Shown in pieces: positions 12,704-22,148 of a DNA stretch of 64,000 nucleotides. Every line of letters begins with the position of its first letter. The stretch's first letter is position 1. Origin of the DNA: Babesia bigemina. Taxonomy: Eukaryota. Position numbers and translations under genes: made by a program. The notes under the pieces are model-generated. The model worked only from the letters and a program-made list of their open reading frames with translations. It was not told the origin of the DNA and searched no databases. The stretch spans positions 558,001 through 622,000 of the forward strand of contig NC_027218.1 in the NCBI RefSeq assembly GCF_000981445.1, written 5' to 3'.

Positions 12704-13621
12704 ATGGGTTCCGGTACGTGCTCCGCCCATATTTCTGTGCTCAAAAAACGCAGGTGTACCTCGCGGAATTTTGGCCGCGCGTAAGCTCAAGAACCGCAGA
12801 AGGCGCGAGAGGTGGGCTGACAAGGCCTACAAGAAGGCACACCTCGGTACGAGGTGGAAGTGCAACCCTTTCAAGGGTAGTTCCCACGCCAAGGGTATCG
12901 TCGTGGAGAAGATCGCCATTGAGGCCAAGCAGGTTAGTGGATGTTTCCGATTTTGCTCCCCAAGGTGCTGCTGCGGTGGTTGTTTGTGAGGTGATATGTT
13001 TTTCATACGCTCGGCGCTTATTGGCTATTGAATCCCAAGTCGTGTTGCCCGTTGGCGCTATACCGCCAATGGGAGTCAAAAGATTGGGTACAACATACAC
13101 AAATCGGTCACAGCGTTGGCCCGCGCCTCCGCTGATTCATGAGGCCGCCTTTTGTTACATATTTGCACAACGCAGGTGTTACGCTATTGCGTATAAACAG
13201 TTGTTTTCGTGTTGTTGGTGGTCGCTTTTATAAAATTGTCTTGTTACGCTGCTGTAACGTTTTTGTTATGCTCTTTCGGTGTACGGTGCATCTGTCTTAA
13301 GTGGGTTTTGCGTCCATATTCGCCGTTGGGGGCTTTTCCTACCTCTGTTAAACCTGTCACATCATCGTACAGCCTAACTCCGCCTATCGTAAGAGTGTTC
13401 GTGTGCAGCTCATCAAGAACGGTAAGAAGATCACCGCTTTCGTCCCGAGGGATGGTTGCCTCAACTACATCGACGAAAACGACGAGGTGCTCGTCGCCGG
13501 TTTCGGTCGTAGTGGACACTCCGTTGGTGACCTTCCCGGTGTGCGTTTCAAGGTCGTCAAGGTCGCCGGTGTCTCCCTTCTCGCCCTGTACAAGGAGAAG
13601 AAGGAGAAGCCCAGGTCTTAG
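12704..13621 (+). CDS. RPS23: 40S ribosomal protein S23 (uS12)
   Basis: Exons 12704-12713, 12754-12932 and 13373-13621 (introns of 40 and 440 nt) give [15 protein letters not shown]...[24 protein letters not shown]...KEKPRS. Confidence 0.97.
13031..13162 (+). ncRNA. Intronic box H/ACA snoRNA, predicted functional equivalent of snR35/SNORA13 (guides 18S pseudouridine at the m1acp3-Psi site)
   Basis: Lower stem CCCAA/TTGGG (13034-38/13084-88) and 10-bp upper stem CCCGTTGGCG/CGCCAATGGG (13048-57/13064-73). Pocket strands CGTGTT (13041-46) and GTCAAA (13075-80) are complementary to 18S UUUGAC-U-C-AACACG. H box ACAACA at 13090-95, second hairpin, then ACA at 13157-59. Confidence 0.85.
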
Positions 13622-14552
13622 ACACGCCTTCTGAGCGGTATCAATTTCGCCATTCATATTAGCATAATCGCGCTAGTTGTATGTGTGTGGCTGGCGGTAT
13701 GGCGATCCCCTTTCGGGAGGAGCGGTGGTTGAGGCGGTGTAGTCGTGGTAGTTGCGCTTAGCGGGCGACAAGCACCGACACATGTAGCGCAATGTATCGA
13801 CACGTTTATATCACGCACATATACGCAAGTGAGCGAATGGGTAGCTCCGGCGTTGTGAAGGGATGCGAAGCGTAGCGAAGGAGGGCCGCTTTAGAGCACC
13901 CGCAACTCAGTAAACACTGACGATTTTGAGCATGGCTACTAGCGTAACTATGCTCGGTGCGGGCGTGCAATTGCGGGAGCAATTCCCTATGTAACGACGT
14001 CACTAGGCGCCCGGGCCTACAGCCGATGATGGCCCTCCCGGCCACCCCACGCGACCATAGACCTGACCCGCCGCAATTCTACATCACTTGTAGAGGAAGT
14101 TTCTTGGTGACCCAACGAATTGGTGAGTTTGCTGGCGTGTGTTGCTGTTAGAATCGACGGGTTATGGGCTCGCTCTCTTTGAGTGGGTGTTCGTGGCTGT
14201 CGCGCGGGTGCCGCGGAGCCTCCAGCGCCGCCTCCGCCATATCCAGCGAGTTCGTCGCTCTGTGTTTTATAGGTCGCTTCAGTCGGTAATTGCCCAGAGT
14301 ATACGCAGCAGTAGGTGCTGGTAGTTAGACTCCATACTTCAGGCACCCCGACGTCGGGCCTTTAGTCACGGATGCGATTTATACGGCCGCGGAGCTATAC
14401 CTGTTACATCGTGATTAAACGATTGGTTTTGTTGTGTGTGTGTTTGTTGTTCCTTTCCGTCTTCCACCTCTAATTCTGCGCAGGGTCATGTTTCAGTTGG
14501 ACGATTAAGCCGCTGAACTACAATAATCGGTATCGCTTTCAAGTCTGATAGA

Positions 14553-15537
14553 ATGGCACTGGTAAGTGTACGCTATATTGGTGCTCATGTATGTTAACAA
14601 CGCCGGATGTGACGGCTTGAGTCCATTTTACGACCAGGCGGGTTCGGCAATGCGTCGTCTGTGTTTTCTTTAACGTTTCCGACGTTTAGGTCCGACACGC
14701 TTGTGTGTGTTATTGCTGTGATCGTTTTTAGCAGTTGTCAATGCCGACTGTTCATGTGTTTTTCAGGAACGCTTCCTCATTAAAAGCTTCCGGGGGATTC
14801 CCAAGGAAAAGTGCAACGAGGGCCTCCAGAAGAAGGTGGAGCGCAACGAGCAGCTGAAGCAGATTCAGCAGCGCAAAATCACCAAGCACGTCGAACGCAA
14901 GCGCAAGCGTCTGGAAGGTCTGAGGAACCGCGCGCTGTACCACGCCAAGGAGTACATCAAGCATGAGCGCGAACTCGTAGAGTTGCGCCGCAAGGCTAAG
15001 GCCGAGGGTTCGTTCTACAAGGAGGCCGACGCTAAGGTTGTCTTCGTCGTGCGCATCAAGGGTATCAACAAGATCACCCCCAAGCCCCGCCTTATCCTCA
15101 AGCTCTTCAGGCTGCTCCAGCTGCACAACGGTGTGTTCATCAAGTTGAACAAGGCCACCATTGAGATGCTCAAGCTCATCAACCCCTACGTCACCTACGG
15201 TTACCCCAGCCTCGCCACCATCCGCAAGCTGCTCTACAAGCGTGGCTACGCCAAGGTCGGCAGGCGCGGTGCCTGGAGCCGCGTGCGCATCAGCACCGAT
15301 GACATCATCGAAGAGAACCTGGGCAAATACGGCATCCACGGAATGGAGGACGTCGTTCACCAGATCTACACTTGCGGTCCCAAATTCAAGGAGGTCACCA
15401 ACTTCTTGTGGCCCTTCAAGTTGAGCTCGCCACGCAAGGGTTTCGTCGCCAAGAGGCACGGATTCACCGAGGCCAGGGGTGGAGACGCCGGCAACCGTGA
15501 GCACCTCATCAACGATCTGCTCAAGAGGATGATCTAA
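14553..15537 (+). CDS. RPL7: 60S ribosomal protein L7 (uL30)
   Basis: Exon 14553-14561 (MAL), 205-nt intron, exon 14767-15537. Motifs FVVRIKGIN, LFRLLQLHNGVFIKLN, PYVTYGYP, NFLWPFKL and GGDAGNRE. Confidence 0.95.
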
Positions 15538-15987
15538 TCGGACGCTAGTTAATATTGGGTTACTACGTATGTTCGTGTGCTGTCTAGGTGACACCGGGAA
15601 TCCCGAGGACGGTAGATGTCTCCGACAGTACGTAGGTCATATTGCGATATTTGCAATTGTGGCGCATGTGTCGATTGCAAACGCTAAAGAAGCGTAGCTG
15701 AGAAGGCTGCCTTCTACGCTTCTTCCGCGTCCTTGGCATTACTAAGGGTGCCCGTGTCTTATAGCCTCCTTTCTAGTACACACATGTGATATCAGGCGCT
15801 GCTGGGCGCTTTATATGTGCTACCCGGTTACTATTTGTTAAAGACGAGTGCTGCGTTGGAATCGTCGCTCCGAAGGTGGAAAATTGGCGGTTTATGTGTG
15901 GGGGAGAAGGCCGCTATGTGTACCTTTATCAGTCCACAAGCATACTGTATTTGTCGCGGGCAACCGCTGTGTGACGCCTTGGGGCCA

Positions 15988-17169
15988 ATGATGCAGCGAT
16001 CTCGTGGTAGTGCCGCGGCGAGCCCTCACCGGGGCTTGGACGTCAATCCGCTTGTCGGCCGCAGCGAACTCATAGCCTGGGTAAACGACACGCTCGGCGT
16101 CACTATTGAACGCGTTGAGCAGTGTTGTAATGGAGCGGTGTACATACAGCTGCTTGATGTTGTTCACCCCGGCCGTGTGCCGCTCGCGCGCGTGAAGTTC
16201 GGCGCTGCGCTGGAATACGAATACCTCGCCAACTACAAAGTGCTCCAGATTGCGTTCACTAAGCTGGGGATCTCGAAACACGTTGATGTGCAGAAGCTCA
16301 CGAAGGGGCGCTACCAAGACAACCTCGAGTTCCTACAGTGGATGCGAGGATACGTGGAATCCCATCGCACAGTCGAGAGCTCGGAGTATGACGGAGTGCG
16401 CCGCCGAGTCACGGCGGTGATACGCAATTGTATCGCAAACAACAGCAATGCACACCTCACGCTGGGCAGCGTCACAAGCGCCTTGCCAGCATGGGCTCAA
16501 GAAGGCGTTACGGTGCCATTGATAAAGGAATGCCTGGCCAATGTAAAAGCGTCGGCAACCACCAACTCGCAGGATGGAGCGAAGCCGTCGGAGAGCAGAG
16601 AAAATAACGTTTCGAATCGTCAGGGCTCGGTGGACCCGAAACAGGTTGTGCGAGCAACGAGAAGCGCAGCGTCTTCCATCTCTGGCAGAGATGCGAAGAT
16701 ACGCCGCATCACGTCTTCGAATGGTAGCAAGAGCCAGCAATCGGATGCTTCCTCGAGAACCAGCACAGCAGACACGCATGTTAAGGAATCCGACGCTGGT
16801 GCTGCAGTATCGCGTTGCGCGAGTGTCGAAACGTCATTACCCCCGAACCACACCGACCTTCTGGATGCGGAGAGGCACAGATGCCAAGAATTGGAGTCTC
16901 AGTTGAAGAGTCAAAAACAGCAAGCGGAGGACCTACGATCGTCACTTGATGAACGTGATCGCACGGTCGCCGCCCTTCAGGAACAGGTGGATTCCCTGAA
17001 AAAGCAGCTGGGCCAACTTCAGGCAGACAAGCAAGTGGCCAAGATGAGCAAGGACTTTTACTACAACAAGTTACGTCGCATAGAAATTTTGTGCCAGAAG
17101 TGTGAAACGGGGCAGATCGAAGTGGCACCATTGTTCGACGTTATGTATGCCACCGATAATGTTGCATGA
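15988..17169 (+). CDS. EB1: Microtubule plus-end binding protein, EB1/RP family
   Basis: Calponin-homology domain (ELIAWVN...NYKVLQIAF...GRYQDNLEFLQW), coiled coil and EBH motif (DFYYNKLRRIEILCQ). Start taken at ATG 15988. Confidence 0.9.
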   Translation: MMQRSRGSAAASPHRGLDVNPLVGRSELIAWVNDTLGVTIERVEQCCNGAVYIQLLDVVHPGRVPLARVKFGAALEYEYLANYKVLQIAFTKLGISKHVDVQKLTKGRYQDNLEFLQWMRGYVESHRTVESSEYDGVRRRVTAVIRNCIANNSNAHLTLGSVTSALPAWAQEGVTVPLIKECLANVKASATTNSQDGAKPSESRENNVSNRQGSVDPKQVVRATRSAASSISGRDAKIRRITSSNGSKSQQSDASSRTSTADTHVKESDAGAAVSRCASVETSLPPNHTDLLDAERHRCQELESQLKSQKQQAEDLRSSLDERDRTVAALQEQVDSLKKQLGQLQADKQVAKMSKDFYYNKLRRIEILCQKCETGQIEVAPLFDVMYATDNVA

Positions 17170-17654
17170 TCAATGGGTTGAGGTCAAATTGCAGCCTGCT
17201 ACGCTATCATATTATTTCTCATTGTAGAGAATAAAAGGCCCAGGAGGAAGGCCCATGTCATGGACCAAGCTTCCATCCCTCGGGATTCAACACGCGGATC
17301 AACCCCCCAGCACACTGACTTAGGAAGGAACCAGTAATGAAAAACTTAGGCCTTTTTCATGTCGGTTGCCATCAACGTTTATCAAGGTTCGTTGCCGATT
17401 GCGGCATGCACTGACCACCACCTGTATTCCAAGTGGTCAACCCCTACGGCGGCAACTGAGCGCCTACGAACCCACTTTCAACAGTATAAATAATACATTG
17501 AAATAATTGACTATATAAAGAGGCATGTCTAATGGTTTTCGCGATGCGTAGCGCTTCGTTATCCCAATGACGTAATTACCCCCAGGGCGATTTCGACACT
17601 GGCGTGCGACCCTTGCGCCTAGACGTCCAGCGCACATATGTTATAGCATTGTAT

Positions 17655-18659
17655 TTAGACACAGAAGAGCTGCTTGAACTCTTCGTACAGCTTGGCGTTG
17701 TTCTCCCCCAGGAGCTGGCGTGCACTAGCCAAGGCGTTTTCCTTAGACAGCTGCTGTCCGTTGAACTTCTTGATGATGGACAGGATGCCATTCATGTCAT
17801 CTGGATTGAGAGTGGCGCGTGCCACGTTGAGGAAGTTCCGGCCGTCTACGGTCCCCTTCTCGTAGCTGCGAACCATGACTGGACCACGCGTGGCACTTAC
17901 TTCATGTTTGTCGTAGGCGTGGTGCTGGTGGTGCCACTGAAGCCGGGTTTGCCTCCGAACCTCTTGATGAAAGCGGACTCGACGGTGTCAGCGCCAGAGA
18001 GTTCTGCGACAACATGAATCACCGGAACGGGCAGCCTACCTATCATGGTGCGGGGTGCAGCGCTGTGGAGCAAGTCATCTGCGTTGTAGTAGCGGTGGTC
18101 GGCCTCGACATCAGTGCCATCCTCCTGGATCGAATGCAGTACGGCACGCTTCAGTGTCTCCAGCCTGTTAATATCACGCTGCAGCTTCTTGATCTGAGCA
18201 ACCAGGTTGCGATTCTCTTCAGCCAGTTGGTTTCCACGCTGGGTGCACTCAATCAGTTGTACCTCAAGGCTGCTGTATTTCTTCTGGAATGCCGCCAGCT
18301 GCGCAGACGTAAATGCCAATGTAAGAAGAAAGGAAATAATTCAACGGAGGAAAATGCTGACGCCACGGATGCCGCTTGCGCATTTCACGTATTACCGCGA
18401 CAACAAGCTACGTACGACCCGGAAACAGATACAGCTTCCACATACACACAAAACTTACGTGCTCAGACTTCTCGGCGACCGCAGCGCGTACTGTCCTGAT
18501 CTCCGCCTCAAGCGATGTAACGCGGGTCTTGTACGCATTTGATATGATTCTGAACCCCAATGCCAACTGCTCTGCAGCACAGCTTAATAACAAGGTGCAT
18601 CCCAACCAACCGTCGGCATCCGAGGGCAGCCACGTGAGGTCCAAGGAAGACATATCCAT
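17655..18659 (-). CDS. Conserved coiled-coil protein with C-terminal PAH-like helical domain (At4g15545-like family)
   Basis: Multi-exon gene (introns include 18610-18572 and 18458-18299). LPSDAD-EQLALGFRIISNAYKTRVTSLE, LKRAVLHSIQED and C-terminal VDGRNFLNVAR...LYEEFKQL resemble the plant At4g15545 family as recalled. Confidence 0.7.
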
Positions 18660-19385
18660 GGTGGTTGGCGCGGGGAGGCAGTCCAGTCGGTAACGAAAGA
18701 CGGTCAAACGCTGCACCAGATTCCGTTAAGGGAATTTGTGCAACACCCGCTTAATAGACAAGAGTATTTTGCGGTTTACAGCTTAAGCGACTCTGCACAT
18801 CCGGGCCGGCACGACTAAGTCGCTCGGCGGCTTAAAACGCATACAACTTTCGTGCTTACCGAATTTTCGGCGTATATCTTATGCTTTCGCCTCATATGTA
18901 GCGGTACGGGTTGCAGTGCGAAATATAGGAGCGTCGATGCACAGCGATGCAGCCGTACACATCCGACCTGCCGGCTGCAACGGGGCATCGCGTCTAATGG
19001 CATTGCCGTGCCGTTATTATATACCAGGTGATCTATACATAAGCGATGCGTTGTGGCTGCAGGCTGGCTGCACTAGTGGAGGCGATCTAGTAAGTCTCTT
19101 TAGACGGGGAAAGTCTACGAAATAATAAGAACCTCCATATTAAAGCTGTATAACTCGTTGCACGCGCTATAGCAATAATTTTCTTCGCAAATCAACTCGA
19201 TGTGTAACATTGTGTTGGTGATACGCATCTTGCTCGAGCTCATTGCTTTCATGGAAGGCTGAGAGGAGGTTGCCATAGTCCCCTCATTTCGCATCATTTC
19301 TAACGGCTGTGTGGGCTTCCAAAGGCCCAATCACTGTGTATACACTATTATTCAATAGCTGTCCCTTTTGTGATCATTTTGGCAT

Positions 19386-21566
19386 ATGGCCAGCACATTC
19401 GCCTGCTGGGTTGGCTACTTTGAGCGCCGCCTTACTATCACCTACTGGCGCTGTCTGCCGCGTCTTTCACAGTTTGTCAGACATGTGCGAACTGCACCTA
19501 CGCTGACAAGGCATGAAGATGCCGACGACTGCGAGCGGAGGCGCTATGACCGCCGCAAAATGAGCAAGCTTTTCGACAATGTGAGAAGGCTCCCGGAAGA
19601 CGTAGATGACGTTGTGTCCGCAGAGTTGAGTGGAGTGGCATCGCCCGTTGCTGGGATATGTTGGCATAGGGCTGCTCTGTCAGACATGGTGGAGCTGGAA
19701 ACGAGCAACGAGCATGGGCCAGAAGGGCACCGCATCGATGCTCATGAGGCTGCACGTAACGTTGATAGCACACCAGAATATGCATCTCAAGGCGATACTG
19801 CTCGGAATTTGAACACATCTGCTACTGTTGAGGCTAGCGGAGATGGCGAATCGACTCCAGGCTTCGCAATCAATGAACAGAGGGATGCCATAATCCGAGA
19901 AATGCAGCTGCTCATGCAAAACGAAAGAATGGAAAGAGAAAGAGTTAGGGATATGCTAGCCAAGCAACAGAAGCTGCGCATAGGTAATCCAGTGAGTCCG
20001 GGGAAGGAGGTAACCACCATGAAGTTACTCACCATAGCAAAGGAGATCAGCGGGCGCAGTCCCGCGCACGGAAAACCGCAGTTGGACGAAAGGCGTGATA
20101 AAAGGGAACGTGCGTATTACAGGAATCTGCACAGAACGCGGGCAGCTGCGCCTCCTGAAGACAAAGGATACTACAAACAGAGTTGCGCCGACGGCAGAGA
20201 TTTGATCCGAGTGCTAGACGTGGACCAGTTGCCGCTGCCGATGCTTCACCATATGCTATGCTACTCCCTAGTCAAGCACATGCCGGCAGAAGCGGTGCTT
20301 CAGGTCATATCGCGCATCGCCATGCTCAGGGACAATAACAGCCACGTCGCGTATCAGAACTTCCTGAGGGACATCGGTAAAATAGCCAGCCCAATATGCC
20401 GCGCAGAGGTCGTGGCGCTGCTCTCCAGAGGATACCAGAGTGTCAGTGTACCCTTCATGGTGGACTACGTGCGGCGGTTTGGCACGTTCTCGAGGCGGTT
20501 CTTAGCCAAGCTGATACAGCGACACGCGCAGCCGCAGGCGCTTGACTTCCTCAGGTACAGGGCAGGGCAACGGCAAATCAACCAGATCCTGACACGACCG
20601 TGGGCACTCTTCGGATACGTGAAGATGCTCAAAAAGTCCTCAGCCAAAACGTACATGTACCACAATCTCTTGGCGAGGGGATACGTGCCGAATGAGACCG
20701 TGTTTGACAGATTCCACGCCTTCGGCACGCTGGACCCCGGCATGGCTAGCACGATACTGAATTCGGAGAAGCTGCTCAACGACACCGTTGCCTTCAGCGA
20801 CCACACGCCGAAGCAGGACGCATCCAGGCCAAGCATGTACGATACCGTTCTCGAGGCACAGGCGCTGGGTCTGCCCCTGGAGGACCTTGTGGAGGAGTCC
20901 GCTCCCTGTAAAATGGATGGAAAAGACGACGATGTTGCGTTGCCATCCCGTATGAGCACGCAGCTGGTCAAGATACAAACCCAGCTGCCGCGGCATCAGC
21001 CGCCAACCGCGACTACTGGCTTCCACGATGTTGATCGCGATCTTCCGGCGAACAGGAGCAACATTACATGGAGCACACCGTGGGGGCGGCGCAGGGACGT
21101 CTTCCATTTCAGAGGTAGGCGGCGCACTCAACGATTCATAACGAGCAGGCAAAACGTACACCCTGGACCCAGATGCTGGCTGGAAAATGTCCCGCAGCGC
21201 GGTCAGGCCACACTACCTCAAGAACATACAGATGAACAGGCGCAAGGCACGCAGAAAAGCACTCAGACGCTCGGCCGCAAAGCGAGCGCGCGAAATGCTC
21301 GCGGATCGTATGACATAGTGTACAATATTGAAAAGGTCTCGTACGTGTTGCGATTAAAGCGCGGCGTTCCGTTTCGGCGCGCTGCTGAAGTAGTCACTGT
21401 TGAACCAGAAGTAGCCGGAGACGTTCAGCACGAACACGCCGGTTCCCAGAAAAATTGCCGGCCACGGACGATACGATTTCTTGAACACATATCCCACCCC
21501 CTTCAGGGCCGTCGACAACGGAGAAGTTCGTATGGCCATCGTTACATGGGCCGTTTCATATTATGA
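19386..21566 (+). CDS. Hypothetical protein, possibly mitochondrion-targeted
   Basis: 726-aa ORF with an Arg-rich N-terminus and a helical central region; no recognisable domain. Confidence 0.6.
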   Translation: MASTFACWVGYFERRLTITYWRCLPRLSQFVRHVRTAPTLTRHEDADDCERRRYDRRKMSKLFDNVRRLPEDVDDVVSAELSGVASPVAGICWHRAALSDMVELETSNEHGPEGHRIDAHEAARNVDSTPEYASQGDTARNLNTSATVEASGDGESTPGFAINEQRDAIIREMQLLMQNERMERERVRDMLAKQQKLRIGNPVSPGKEVTTMKLLTIAKEISGRSPAHGKPQLDERRDKRERAYYRNLHRTRAAAPPEDKGYYKQSCADGRDLIRVLDVDQLPLPMLHHMLCYSLVKHMPAEAVLQVISRIAMLRDNNSHVAYQNFLRDIGKIASPICRAEVVALLSRGYQSVSVPFMVDYVRRFGTFSRRFLAKLIQRHAQPQALDFLRYRAGQRQINQILTRPWALFGYVKMLKKSSAKTYMYHNLLARGYVPNETVFDRFHAFGTLDPGMASTILNSEKLLNDTVAFSDHTPKQDASRPSMYDTVLEAQALGLPLEDLVEESAPCKMDGKDDDVALPSRMSTQLVKIQTQLPRHQPPTATTGFHDVDRDLPANRSNITWSTPWGRRRDVFHFRGRRRTQRFITSRQNVHPGPRCWLENVPQRGQATLPQEHTDEQAQGTQKSTQTLGRKASARNARGSYDIVYNIEKVSYVLRLKRGVPFRRAAEVVTVEPEVAGDVQHEHAGSQKNCRPRTIRFLEHISHPLQGRRQRRSSYGHRYMGRFIL

Positions 21567-22148
21567 CGAAACGCGTGCCGCGGCTCCCCATCGTTGCGGC
21601 TTGCATCTGGTGATTCTGGCCGCCTGCGTTCGTCCGCTGCACATTCAGTAAATTATCCTCTATATGTATAGCAGCTTATATGTTATTCATATGTGTAGCC
21701 GGCTCGTTTGTCATTGCGGAGATTCGGCTTTTAGATGTGTTGTCTTTCCTGCTTTCAGCTGTATCAGCGACACTCCTTTTCAGGGGGTTTTAACAAACGT
21801 TATCAGTGTAGATGAGCTATTGTGGCCCTAGGTGTGATGTATTGGCTGCCTACAACTGGCGGATATGCCCTTAGGATGAGGGACGTGCATACAACAAGCC
21901 GAATATTTTAGCGCTGCAGCGTGCCGTCGTGACGCGGAATGTGCTTCACGTACGACAGTTCAACCGTAAAGTGGCTACGGGGGCATGCGTAGTTTCGGTC
22001 ATGTCGTTTAATAAGCCTAACACCGCAAACCATTACCAGGTGTTGTCGGTTCTTTTCCGGCATCGTGGCTACCGCACCAGTCACGCACACTCACAGCCTA
22101 CTTAGTGGTATGAAATAGTAAATGTACGCAAATGTTCTCTGGAGCGCA

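Noticed and set aside
13373..13400. RPS23 reads PNSAYRK rather than the PNSAIRK of yeast and human
   Set aside because: As recalled, the Tyr variant is usual in apicomplexan uS12.
14504..14548. ATTAAGCCGC matches the 18S antisense strand (56712-56721) and runs into CTGA, with a second CTGA at 14545, like a C/D snoRNA
   Set aside because: There is no credible C box at the right distance, the segment lies in the predicted exonic 5'UTR, and a 10-nt match to several kb of rRNA is expected by chance.
789..15594. Long antisense ORFs opposite real genes (789-1502, 7126-8220, 14752-15594)
   Set aside because: Shadow ORFs produced by GC-rich codon usage, with no protein motifs.
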